Assembly (NCBI GenBank): GCA_965116875.1
Contig: OZ220733.1
Coordinates: 576,001-640,000 of the forward strand
DNA length: 64,000 bases
Reading direction: 5' to 3'
DNA from: Candidatus Latescibacterota bacterium
GTDB lineage: Bacteria; Latescibacterota; UBA2968; GCA-2709665
A program made the position numbers and the translations under genes. The notes below the pieces were generated by a model. It did no database searches and had not been told where the DNA came from. It saw only the letters and a program-made list of their open reading frames with translations. Each line of letters begins with the position of its first letter. Within the stretch, counting starts at the first letter, position 1. Below, piece by piece: positions 1-9,212 of this stretch.

Positions 1-1278
1 TTCCTTCTGCTCCGCCATGATGCGAAAGGCGTTTTCGACCACAACCACGGCGCCGTCGACGATCATGCCGATCCCAACCGCGAGGCCGGCCAGCGACATC
101 AGGTTCGAAGAAAGTCCCGCCTGGCCCATGAAGATGAAGGCGACCAGCATCGCAAGCGGTATGGACGCGATGACAACGATTGCCGACCGGAGTTCGCCGA
201 GAAAGAGAAACAACACGATGGCCACCACAACGGCGCCCTGCACAAGCGCGTTTCTCGCCGTGCTCACCGATCGCTCCACCAGGTCGGTGCGTTCGTAGAC
301 GGGGCGCAGGATAACGCCGTCCGGAAGCAACCTGTCGACGATTTCAACCTTCTTTTTTACGGCATCGACCACGTTAGCAGCGTTTTCGCCGATGCGCGAC
401 AGGGCCATTCCAAGTACGACTTCCTTTCCGTCGCGGGTCACGGCGCCGAAACGCAGGGCGCCGCCCTGTACAATGTCCGCGACGTCGCGCAGGTAGACCG
501 GCGTGCCGTCCTCCACCTTGAGGACCATTGCGCCGATGTCCTCTTCGTCCGCCACCAGGCCCAATCCGCGCACGAGAAACTGCTCTGCGCCGAGGTTGAC
601 GTATTGACCGCCCACCTGCCGGTTGTTGGCCTCGATCACTTCGATCACATCGGTGAAGGTGAGGTCGTATTCGATGAGACTCAACGGATCCATCACCACC
701 TGGTACTGGCGCTCCTGGCCACCCCAGGAAATCACGTCGTCCACGCCTGGCGCCGTGCGCAAAATCAGGCGGACGCTCCAGTCGTGGAGCGTCCGCAGAT
801 CCATGTCCGAGACGTCGGCGTTGAGCTTTTCATCCGCCCGCTCGAGCGTGTACCAGAACACCTGGCCCAGGCCGGAGGAATTCGGCCCCATTTCCGGCGT
901 GCCGTACCCTTTGGGAATCCGGTCTCCGACTTCCTGGAGGCGTTCCATCACGAGGCGGCGAGCGAAGTAGATGTCCATGTCGTCTTCGAAATACACCGCC
1001 ACGTACGACAGACCGAACAGGCTGACCGAGCGGATCTGTTGTACCCTCGGCAAGCCCGCCATTCCGGATTCGATGGGAAAGGTGAGAAGCTGTTCGACGT
1101 CTTCCGCGGCCAGACCCGGCGATTCGGTGTAGATGTTGACCTGGGCGGGTGTCACGTCGGGGAACGCGTCGATCGGGACGGTTACATATGCGCGCCATCC
1201 CAGAAAGGCGACCACCGCGAAGGCGATGAGGACGAGGACTTTGTAGCGCACCGAGGTTTCAACCAGTTTTTCCAGCAC
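1..1278 (-). CDS. czcA: CusA/CzcA family heavy-metal efflux RND permease (3' part outside window)
   Basis: Manual minus-strand translation from GTG at 1278: MLEKLVETSVRYKVLVLIAF...VPIDAFPDVTPAQVNIYTESPGLAAEDVEQLLTFPIE, a typical HME-RND N-terminus. Lies downstream of MFP and OMF genes. Confidence 0.92.
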   Translation of the reverse strand, partial: MLEKLVETSVRYKVLVLIAFAVVAFLGWRAYVTVPIDAFPDVTPAQVNIYTESPGLAAEDVEQLLTFPIESGMAGLPRVQQIRSVSLFGLSYVAVYFEDDMDIYFARRLVMERLQEVGDRIPKGYGTPEMGPNSSGLGQVFWYTLERADEKLNADVSDMDLRTLHDWSVRLILRTAPGVDDVISWGGQERQYQVVMDPLSLIEYDLTFTDVIEVIEANNRQVGGQYVNLGAEQFLVRGLGLVADEEDIGAMVLKVEDGTPVYLRDVADIVQGGALRFGAVTRDGKEVVLGMALSRIGENAANVVDAVKKKVEIVDRLLPDGVILRPVYERTDLVERSVSTARNALVQGAVVVAIVLFLFLGELRSAIVVIASIPLAMLVAFIFMGQAGLSSNLMSLAGLAVGIGMIVDGAVVVVENAFRIMAEQKE

Positions 1279-1287
1279 CCTGTTCCC

Positions 1288-2409
1288 CTAGTGCGCGTGG
1301 CCGCCGCCCAGCGAGGACTTGAGCATCAGCGACTTGAGATGAAATATGCCCGCAACCGCAATCACGTCCCCCTCACGAAGCCCGGCCGAGACAGCCGTCC
1401 AGTCGCCCACGGTGGGACCTGTCGCAATGGATTCCGCGTGAAACTCGTGACCGTTTTCAACCTTGAACACGGTCGGTTCGTTACCGATCATTGTCACCGC
1501 GGCGTTGGGCACAGCCAAAACCGTATCCCCGCTTCCGGTTACGATCTCAACCTCGACGAACTGCCTCTCGTGCAGCTGGTCGTCCGCGTTGTCCACTTCA
1601 ATTCGGACGCCGTGGGTGCGGGTGGTCTCGTCCACGCGGTGGTAGCGTTGAACAACCTTGCCGTCAATCCAGTTCACGCCATCGGGAGTGACCCGGGCGG
1701 GCATGCCCGTGTGGATATCGGGCACGCCTACGGCGATCGGACGGGCCTCCACCCACATCACGGATTCGTCACTGATGTCGAACAGCACGCGTCCGGGTTC
1801 GATCAATTCGCCCACGATGAAATTGTCCTGCAAAACGGTCCCCTCCCGCGGGGCCAGCAGATCGAACACGCCGCTGGCCCTGTCCGCGTCGGCGGTGTTC
1901 ATCAGCGCATCCGCCTGCGCCTCGGTCATGCCGTAGGCCAGTACTCTGGCCAGCGCCAGCTGGCGGGCTACCCTCGCCTCGGTAAAACGTCGCTCCGATA
2001 CGGATTCCGGACCGAGGCTCCTGGAACGCTCCCACTCCCGGTTGGCAACGATCAATTCAGCCTGCGCCTCCGCCATGGCTACGCTGGACAGCGTCACCAT
2101 CCGCTGGCCGGCGATGACCGATTCACCGAGGATAACGTGGCGGGCCACGACCTGAGCCGTAATGCGGGGCGTAACCCGGGCGGACCTGTACATATTGATC
2201 TCCACGTTTCCGGGCACGCGAACGGTCTCGCCCAACGCCCTCGGTGCAACGCGGTCAACGGCAACGCCGGCGGCACGTTGCTCCTCGGCGGTCAGTTCGA
2301 CGGTTCCGGACGCTTCGCCCTGCGGCGTCCCGTGGCCGGCTTCCTCCGCAAAGACAGGGGCAGCGATCGCCAGGTTTACGCACAATGCAACGGATGTCCC
2401 GGTATTCAT
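1288..2409 (-). CDS. czcB: Efflux RND periplasmic adaptor (CzcB-like)
   Basis: ORF 1288..2679 with likely start MNTGTSV at 2409. Signal peptide, lipoyl/hairpin MFP features (LAVPNAAV, GLREGDVIAVAG) and a His-containing C-terminus (GGGHAH). Confidence 0.88.
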   Translation of the reverse strand: MNTGTSVALCVNLAIAAPVFAEEAGHGTPQGEASGTVELTAEEQRAAGVAVDRVAPRALGETVRVPGNVEINMYRSARVTPRITAQVVARHVILGESVIAGQRMVTLSSVAMAEAQAELIVANREWERSRSLGPESVSERRFTEARVARQLALARVLAYGMTEAQADALMNTADADRASGVFDLLAPREGTVLQDNFIVGELIEPGRVLFDISDESVMWVEARPIAVGVPDIHTGMPARVTPDGVNWIDGKVVQRYHRVDETTRTHGVRIEVDNADDQLHERQFVEVEIVTGSGDTVLAVPNAAVTMIGNEPTVFKVENGHEFHAESIATGPTVGDWTAVSAGLREGDVIAVAGIFHLKSLMLKSSLGGGHAH

Positions 2410-2446
2410 TGGTGTTTCTCCATCTCCATTGGCCGGATACGGCGAT

Positions 2447-3706
2447 TCAACGGTCCGCGCCGAAACCGATCCAGGCGTCCACCTGTCCCGAAGCCGACAA
2501 CCACTCCAGCCACGCCCTCCACAGCGTTTCCCGCAGGACGAGCGCGCTTTCCCGGAGATCCAGCGTCTGACCGGCGTGGACAAGATAATCCGTGGTGCCA
2601 ATGTCGCCGGCCTTCCACAACCTGCGCAGTTGTTCCTGTTGACGCGCGAGGCTCGCCTGTCCTGTCTTCCGCCAGTCATCCCACGCGGTCCGCGCCAGCT
2701 GGTAGCGCTCCATTGCGCTGATCAGCCGGGCACGGGCGCGCCGCGACACGTCTTCCCGGGCATGCTGCGCCGCGCGGTGTTCTGCCGCGGCCGCCTCCAC
2801 TTCGTCACCGAACCGATTGAGCAGCGGCAGCGGGATCGACAATTCCAAAACCGTGAGCCGGTCGCCTGCCTCGCTGCCACCCCCCACGCTCAGCGTGGGA
2901 TCGGGCCGCCGCTCGCTGCGTCGAAGCTCAACGAGGGCCTCGGCGGCATCCGCCCGGCGCGTCGCGGCGAGGACTTCCGGGAGCGCTCGGACCAGAGACT
3001 GAACGTTGGCGCCATCGGGCAGGTCCGGCAGAGAGGACGGGAGCGCAGGCCACTGTGTCGCCGGCAGGTCCGGGACGAGAACGCGGACCGCCTGTCTTGC
3101 TCCGGCAAGTGAAGCTGCGGTGGCTGCTCTCCGGATTCGCGCTTCCACGGAAGCCAGCCGCGCCAGATCGAGTTCCACCTGGTTCACGTCTCCCGTCTCG
3201 AATCTGCGTTGCGCGAGCTCTGCGAATTCGTGCATTAACTCCTGGCGTCGCGCGGCCAGACTGTCGCGCTCGACGTCCGTCCGGTGGGCGGCCAGGCCGT
3301 TCAGCAGGTCAACCGCCACACCGCGGCGTACAAGGGTGACCGCCGCCTCGGCAAGCCGACGCTCCGATTCCGCCAGCGCGCTTCGGGCCCTGCCCTTACC
3401 GCCCCAATCGACCGTATATCCGATGCCGAGCCAGTAGCGGGTTTCGTGCGTTCTCTCGAAGTCTGCATTGATCTCCGGGTTGTACAGCGGTCGGGCTGCG
3501 GCGTCTCGATCGCTTCGTCTCGCCTCGAGCGCGGCTCGAGCCGCCTTAACGCCGGGATTGGAGTTGGCAGCCGACTGCACGAACCGCTGGAGCCCATGGT
3601 CGGCCGGCGCAATGCCCGCACCGCCTTCCCCGGCAGCCCGGACAACGTAAGGCGTGGACACGACCATGCACAGGGACAGGATGAACCCCCACGATGATAT
3701 TCGCAT
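2447..3706 (-). CDS. czcC: TolC/CzcC family outer membrane efflux protein
   Basis: Helical OEP repeats (PLYNPEI, RRPDPTLSVG, LSIPLPLLNR) and a signal peptide. First gene of the CBA operon. Confidence 0.85.
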   Translation of the reverse strand: MRISSWGFILSLCMVVSTPYVVRAAGEGGAGIAPADHGLQRFVQSAANSNPGVKAARAALEARRSDRDAAARPLYNPEINADFERTHETRYWLGIGYTVDWGGKGRARSALAESERRLAEAAVTLVRRGVAVDLLNGLAAHRTDVERDSLAARRQELMHEFAELAQRRFETGDVNQVELDLARLASVEARIRRAATAASLAGARQAVRVLVPDLPATQWPALPSSLPDLPDGANVQSLVRALPEVLAATRRADAAEALVELRRSERRPDPTLSVGGGSEAGDRLTVLELSIPLPLLNRFGDEVEAAAAEHRAAQHAREDVSRRARARLISAMERYQLARTAWDDWRKTGQASLARQQEQLRRLWKAGDIGTTDYLVHAGQTLDLRESALVLRETLWRAWLEWLSASGQVDAWIGFGADR

Positions 3707-3815
3707 TGACACGCCTCCGAATTCAGGTTGCCGCCACGCGCCCAAACCGGGTCGTTGTTCGTGTTTCTGAATCTGTCAAATGCGACTCCGTCGCGCGCGT
3801 GATTCGCCTAAAACG

Positions 3816-3845
3816 ACACCGGGACGATTGAAATCGTCCCGATGT
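3816..3845 (-). terminator. Stem-loop downstream of the porin gene, possible terminator
   Basis: CGGGACGAT-tgaa-ATCGTCCCG inverted repeat. Confidence 0.45.
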
Positions 3846-3927
3846 TGACACAGCGATATGGACAAGAACCGCACTTTATGCGATCCCGATGTCAGTGTGG
3901 ATCCTGCAACAGGCCACCCCGGTTCCG

Positions 3928-4683
3928 CTAGAGTGCGAAACCGAGACTGACCCCGCCCCAGACCCTGTTTTGCTCGTCTTTGGTCCGATGGAAATCGAAA
4001 TCCATGGCCTCCAGTTCTTCGGTCCGGCGTATGAAACCGATGACGGGCGACAACGAGAAGTAGCTATGGCTGACACCAAGCGAAACCGACGCGCCGACGT
4101 GGTTGAATTCGAATTTGCCGGTGGTGTCGCTGTACCCGATATCGGCGGAAACGCCCAGTGTGACGTTCCCCTCCGGGGTTAGTTGAACTTCATGACCGAT
4201 GCTGCCATTGACATACCAGTAATCGAACTGGCCCATGTCGCGATAGAGCGTTACTGACGGGGAGCCGGTAATATCCAGACTCGCGCCCGCAAAAAACTCG
4301 GTGGTAAGTCTGTCGCCCTTCTCCAGGCTTGGAAACGTGTATTGGATCATCCCGACGGTCAGCCCCACGTTTTCGTACTGTTCTCCCAGATTGCGGTCGT
4401 ACGTAACCGTGAAGTCGAGTTCATCGCCTGCCTCCTGAATGCTCCTATGCTTTAATGCCCAGGAACCCCAGACGTTGAACGAGAAACCGGAATCGCCGAA
4501 GCCCAGGGTAAGAGAGGGTTGCGCGGAAGGCTTGTCCGTAAAGGCCACGCCGCGGAAAACGTAGTGCGTGACAAGATCCATGCTGCCCTCAACGGAAATA
4601 TTCTCTATCTGGGCGAATGCGGGACCGGCGAGCAGGCTGAGAGTAACGACGAGAACGAGCGTGCGAGTGTGCATGGTCTTCAT
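3928..4683 (-). CDS. TorF family putative porin (outer membrane beta-barrel)
   Basis: Signal peptide, THYVFRG..TDKPSAQP..NVWGS..ELDF motifs, alternating beta-strand pattern, aromatic residue near the C-terminus. Confidence 0.7.
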   Translation of the reverse strand: MKTMHTRTLVLVVTLSLLAGPAFAQIENISVEGSMDLVTHYVFRGVAFTDKPSAQPSLTLGFGDSGFSFNVWGSWALKHRSIQEAGDELDFTVTYDRNLGEQYENVGLTVGMIQYTFPSLEKGDRLTTEFFAGASLDITGSPSVTLYRDMGQFDYWYVNGSIGHEVQLTPEGNVTLGVSADIGYSDTTGKFEFNHVGASVSLGVSHSYFSLSPVIGFIRRTEELEAMDFDFHRTKDEQNRVWGGVSLGFAL

Positions 4684-4953
4684 TCCTCCAATTTTATTGG
4701 GTGATCTCCCCGACGGATCACGACGGAAGTTGATGTTACTTTAGAGGCGTCGTGTCGGGGAAAGATCCTGGGGAAGATTAGCGGGTTTGGATCTGCAATA
4801 TGCACGATGCCGATCGGTTACCTGGATCGGATTCAATACGAATGGTTCTTTCGAACACCAAAACGTCTAATCTTAGGGTCGCGCCGGTTCAATGTCAAGT
4901 TGAATTTTCGCAAGGCGGGGCGTGGTGAGGGGCAGGCCGCCTCGAAACAAGGT

Positions 4954-7146
4954 CTACCTCACGAACAGCATGTCGCGGTACGTCGGCAGCGGCCACAGAT
5001 CGTCCGGAATCACTTTCTCCAACCCGTCCGCCACCTCGCGCACCGCGTTCATCGCAGGGATCACGTTGTCCCGCATGTGGACCACCTTGGACGACATCTC
5101 GTCTCCGCCGAGTTCTTCATTCTGCGCGTCCAGTTCGTCCAGCGCTTCGCTCAATTCATCGATCAAGCCTGAAACCCGCGTGATGTTGCTATCGAGACCC
5201 TTTGTGGATCCGCCCGCCTTCTTCGTCCCGTTCCACGCCGACGTGAGCTGCGTCAGGTAGGCGACCGCAGCAGGCATGATCATGCAGCGGGCCATGTGCG
5301 CCGCGGTTTCGCCTTCGATGTTGATCTTGATGAAGTACTGCTCGGTGAGTACCTCCAGCCTGGCCCCCAGTTCGCGCGGCGTCATGACGCCGTATTTGTC
5401 GAAGAGCTCCTCGTTTCCGGGTGAGGCGAGCGCTGCCAGCGCATCGACCGCCGAGCCCGAATTGAACAGCCCGCGGCGCGCGGCCTCCTCGACCCACTCG
5501 GCGGCGTAGTTATCTCCGTTGAAGATGATCCGCTTGAAGGACGGGATCTCGTTGGCCAACAGCGTCCAGAGCGCATCCTCGACGGACGTGCCCGCGTCGA
5601 CGATCGGCTCCAGCAACTCCGTCCAATTGTCGATCGCCTCCGCCACGATCGTATTGAGGACGGTTGCCGACAGCGAAATATTCGCCGACGAGCCGACCGC
5701 ACGGAACTCGAACTTGTTCCCGGTAAAGGCGAATGGAGACGTGCGGTTGCGGTCTCCGGAATGGCGCGCAAGGTCAGGGAGCACATTGACTCCCAGGCCG
5801 AGGAGCCCATCGTGTTCCCGCTTCTCCGCCTTTCCGGACTCCTCGAGCTGGTTGAAGATGTCTTCAAGCTGACTGCCCAGGAATACCGAGATGATGGACG
5901 GCGGGGCTTCATTGGCGCCCAGGCGGTGATCGTTTCCGGCGCTGGAGACGCTGGCCAGAAGCAGGTCCTGGTGCTGCTCGACAGCGCTCATCACCGCGGT
6001 ACAGAAGAACAGAAACATCAGATTCTCGTGCGGCGTGTCGCCAGGATCCATCAGGTTACGTTCCGAAGTGCCGAAGGACCAGTTCAGGTGCTTCCCGCTG
6101 CCGTTGATGCCTGCGAAGGGTTTCTCATGCAGGAGGCAGATGAATCCATAGCCGCGCGCGTTTCGTTCGAGGATCCGCATCATCAGTTGCTGATGGTCCG
6201 ACGCCACGTTTGCGTTCTCGTAGACCGGCGCCATCTCGTATTGCCCCGGCGCCACCTCGTTATGGCGCGTCTTCATCGGCACGCCAAGCCGGTACAGGTC
6301 CATCTCGATGGACTGGATGCACGCCAGCACTCGCTCGTGGATCTGTCCGAAATAATGGTCGTCGAGTTCCTGACCCCTTGGCGGCTTTGCCCCGAAGAGC
6401 GTACGGCCCGCGGTCATAAGGTCGGGTCTGCGGTAGTAGAACTCGCGATCGACGAGAAAGAACTCCTGCTCCGGACCAAGGCTGGCGGTTACCATCCCTG
6501 CATCGATACCAAAGAGCTTGAGCGCTCGTCGCGTGACCCGGTCGAGTGCGTCCATCGACCGCAGCAGCGGGATCTTGGCATCGAGACTCTCTCCAGTCCA
6601 ACTGGAAAAGGCAGTGGGTATGCACAGGTACGTCGCCGACTCGCCGCCCATGATGAAGGCGGGAGAAGTCGGATCCCAGGCCGTGTAGCCGCGCGCCTCG
6701 AAGGTGGCCCGCAAACCACCCGACGGGAACGACGACGCGTCCGGCTCGCCCTGAACCAGTTCCTCCCCTCCGAACTCGGTGATGGCGCGGGCATCGGCGC
6801 CCACCTTCAGGAAGGAGTCGTGCTTCTCGGCCGTGTGCCCCGTGAGCGGCTGGAACCAGTGTGTGTAGTGGGTCGCACCCATCGAAAGCGCCCAGTCTTT
6901 CATCGCCGCAGCCACAGTGTCCGCGATATCGGAATCGAGTTGCTTCCCGTGGTGAATCGTCCGAACGAGTTGACTGTATACGTTTTCCGGAAGCCTGGAC
7001 TGCATTTCGCGCAGTCCGAAAGTGTCTTTTCCGAAGATGTCAGGCAGGAGGTCGCGGTCGCCCGATCGGGACTCCGGCTTACGGTTCCAGGTTTTGGCGG
7101 CACTGACGGAATCGAAACGTCTTTGGATCCTCATTGTGCGGGTCAT
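4954..7146 (-). CDS. glnA: Glutamine synthetase type III
   Basis: 730 aa with ATHYTHWFQPLTG.TAEKHDSF, GEPDASSFPSGG, HEKPFAGINGSGKH and DRNRTSPFAFTGNKFEFR motifs characteristic of GSIII. Confidence 0.95.
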   Translation of the reverse strand: MTRTMRIQRRFDSVSAAKTWNRKPESRSGDRDLLPDIFGKDTFGLREMQSRLPENVYSQLVRTIHHGKQLDSDIADTVAAAMKDWALSMGATHYTHWFQPLTGHTAEKHDSFLKVGADARAITEFGGEELVQGEPDASSFPSGGLRATFEARGYTAWDPTSPAFIMGGESATYLCIPTAFSSWTGESLDAKIPLLRSMDALDRVTRRALKLFGIDAGMVTASLGPEQEFFLVDREFYYRRPDLMTAGRTLFGAKPPRGQELDDHYFGQIHERVLACIQSIEMDLYRLGVPMKTRHNEVAPGQYEMAPVYENANVASDHQQLMMRILERNARGYGFICLLHEKPFAGINGSGKHLNWSFGTSERNLMDPGDTPHENLMFLFFCTAVMSAVEQHQDLLLASVSSAGNDHRLGANEAPPSIISVFLGSQLEDIFNQLEESGKAEKREHDGLLGLGVNVLPDLARHSGDRNRTSPFAFTGNKFEFRAVGSSANISLSATVLNTIVAEAIDNWTELLEPIVDAGTSVEDALWTLLANEIPSFKRIIFNGDNYAAEWVEEAARRGLFNSGSAVDALAALASPGNEELFDKYGVMTPRELGARLEVLTEQYFIKINIEGETAAHMARCMIMPAAVAYLTQLTSAWNGTKKAGGSTKGLDSNITRVSGLIDELSEALDELDAQNEELGGDEMSSKVVHMRDNVIPAMNAVREVADGLEKVIPDDLWPLPTYRDMLFVR

Positions 7147-7457
7147 CCTTTTGAAATGGTGAGTGCGCGCATGACGACACCAGCCCGGTCAGCGCGGCGC
7201 GTGTATAGTACCCTGACGATACGATCGGAATCGTCTGTAATGCTCTTTAGATACAAAAAAGAAACCAATTATCAAGTGTAATTCCAGTCAATCGACAACA
7301 TGTCCGGATTATGGCCCGTGCGTTCTGAATGCAAACGAGGCGGTTCACACGTGCTGCGCGACGGAATCGTATAAAGTCTGGTCGGTCACGGCATCAAAAA
7401 CCGCGAAGTTCCGGTACAATTTCGTTCCCTTCCACCGTTTCCCGATCGGGCAGTCGC

Positions 7458-8933
7458 CTACGCGAACCAGTACGAAAAGAGTTCCGCCCGCCTGAGGTAG
7501 AACTTCAGCCGGATTTCCCGGCCCCTGAGCGGATCCAGATCCGTCCGCTCAAACCACGTCAGCCGATGGGAAACCGCGTCTCCATCCAAAGCCGCGCACC
7601 GGACCGCGGCGTATTCCGGCGTGTGGTATCCGTCCCCTTCGATTACGGCAGCGGTGAGTTCCCCGCCTCCCGCATCCGCATTCACATGGAGTCGCCCGCC
7701 AGGACAGACCATCGGTTCTGTCAACACCCACCCCGCCTGTTCCCCGGCCGCCAGACTCACGAACCCGTCCCGCCGAAGTCGCGCAAGCCCCGGAAGTCGC
7801 GTGTAGGACAACCCGTGTCCGTGTACGGCCATTCCATAGTAGAACCAGAGTTCGTCGTCCACAACCACCGGCGAGTTGGATGGCCAGATCACTCCGGAGT
7901 CCAATCCCCCTGGAGTATTGTCCAGAAACGGCAAGCGACCCTCCGACCGGCTCCATTGAACCCCGTCCCGGCTCGTTACCAGTTCGATGTAGCAGCGACC
8001 CAGCATCGCGGAATGTGCCGGCCAGTGCGGCAGCCGGTAGGGGAACCGTTTGGGGCGCTCTTCGGCGAACCCTTCCTGCACACACAGCAGCCCCACGTAC
8101 ATTCCCTCGTAGAAGAACACGCCGACCGTCTGGAATTCGGTCCCGGCCGGATCGCCGGCGTCCGGCGCGAGTACCGTTTCGAGTTCGGTCCACCCGGTCA
8201 GATCCTCGCTCTCGCTTCTGGCGATCAGGCGAACGGAGAGGCCCTCCGGATCGATCGCTTCGTCGGGACGTGCGACCTGCGGACGGAAATAGGCCACGTA
8301 TCGACCGATGTTCCCGTCCCATCCCGCCATGCAGTTCAGCCCGTCGGAATGCCCGATGCGACTGGGTACGCGCACGTCTTGCACGCCGGACCACGACACG
8401 CCATCGGACGAAAAGCTGATATTGAGGGGGTAATAGAGCATCTTGTACCTGCGAGCGTCATCCGAGTCGTGCTCGTCGATTACGACGCTCGGCAAACTTC
8501 CCGGAGGCTCGAACAGGACGTTGTTTTCCGTACTCCCGTTGATGTCAACCCGATTCAATGCCGGAAGCCGCCAGTGAATACCGTTGTGGGACTCCGCGTA
8601 GGCCACAACCGGCGTCCCGCCCCCGTATCCGAAGTCCCTGATTCCCGGAGGCTTCGTCTGGTAATACATCTGGAATAATCCGGAGGGGCCGCGAACCACC
8701 GACGTGGGCATGAGGCTGGGGTTCAGTTTCGGAACGCCGCCCTCGGGCGGTACCCGATCCTCCTCGTACCGCACGCCCTCCCGCGCGTCGTGGAATTGAT
8801 TGCCTACCAACAGCGGATTCCCGACGTATTTGACCGGCGAATGGTATAGCCGCGAAACGCGAAAGGTCTCCGCGACACCCTCGTCGTCCAGGAACAACTG
8901 ACGGTTGGCTGTCAATAGCATAGGAGTAACCAC
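7458..8933 (-). CDS. Five-bladed beta-propeller glycosidase-like protein
   Basis: RQLFLDD N-terminus, Asp-box-like repeats (AESHNGIHW, SSDGVSW, TSRDGVQW), LARLRRDGFVSL and a C-terminal LYSF-type tail. Substrate unknown. Confidence 0.65.
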   Translation of the reverse strand: MVTPMLLTANRQLFLDDEGVAETFRVSRLYHSPVKYVGNPLLVGNQFHDAREGVRYEEDRVPPEGGVPKLNPSLMPTSVVRGPSGLFQMYYQTKPPGIRDFGYGGGTPVVAYAESHNGIHWRLPALNRVDINGSTENNVLFEPPGSLPSVVIDEHDSDDARRYKMLYYPLNISFSSDGVSWSGVQDVRVPSRIGHSDGLNCMAGWDGNIGRYVAYFRPQVARPDEAIDPEGLSVRLIARSESEDLTGWTELETVLAPDAGDPAGTEFQTVGVFFYEGMYVGLLCVQEGFAEERPKRFPYRLPHWPAHSAMLGRCYIELVTSRDGVQWSRSEGRLPFLDNTPGGLDSGVIWPSNSPVVVDDELWFYYGMAVHGHGLSYTRLPGLARLRRDGFVSLAAGEQAGWVLTEPMVCPGGRLHVNADAGGGELTAAVIEGDGYHTPEYAAVRCAALDGDAVSHRLTWFERTDLDPLRGREIRLKFYLRRAELFSYWFA

Positions 8934-9212
8934 CGTGAAGCGGCGTTTTTTTTACTCTCCAATTAACCAGCCGACGTCGAGCCGCGAGTCTGGATCGACT
9001 CTCTGCTGGTCAGAACGCAAACCGGGAAGGCGTCGTTTCTAATCTCGGGTAGTACAAACGCTCAATCGTCCAGGTTCTTTTCTGGCAATATACCAAGTAC
9101 GAAGAAACACCTACGTCGTGTTAATTCATCGATAAACCAACTGCACCCAAATCGCGGTAACTTCCAAATGACAACTACTACAGTACCCTCGGTAGTGATT
9201 TCATTCACTGTC

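Noticed and set aside
604-2721. 705-aa plus-strand ORF, and similar long antisense ORFs such as 5761..7281, 24448..26037, 36553..38604 and 40080..41531
   Set aside because: Shadow frames opposite well-supported genes in high-GC DNA, with no recognisable motifs.
7147-7457. Nitrogen-regulatory site or glutamine riboswitch upstream of GSIII
   Set aside because: TGTA-N12-TACA spacing fits neither NtcA nor GlnR/TnrA boxes. No sigma54 -24/-12 site or glnA-motif RNA was recognisable.
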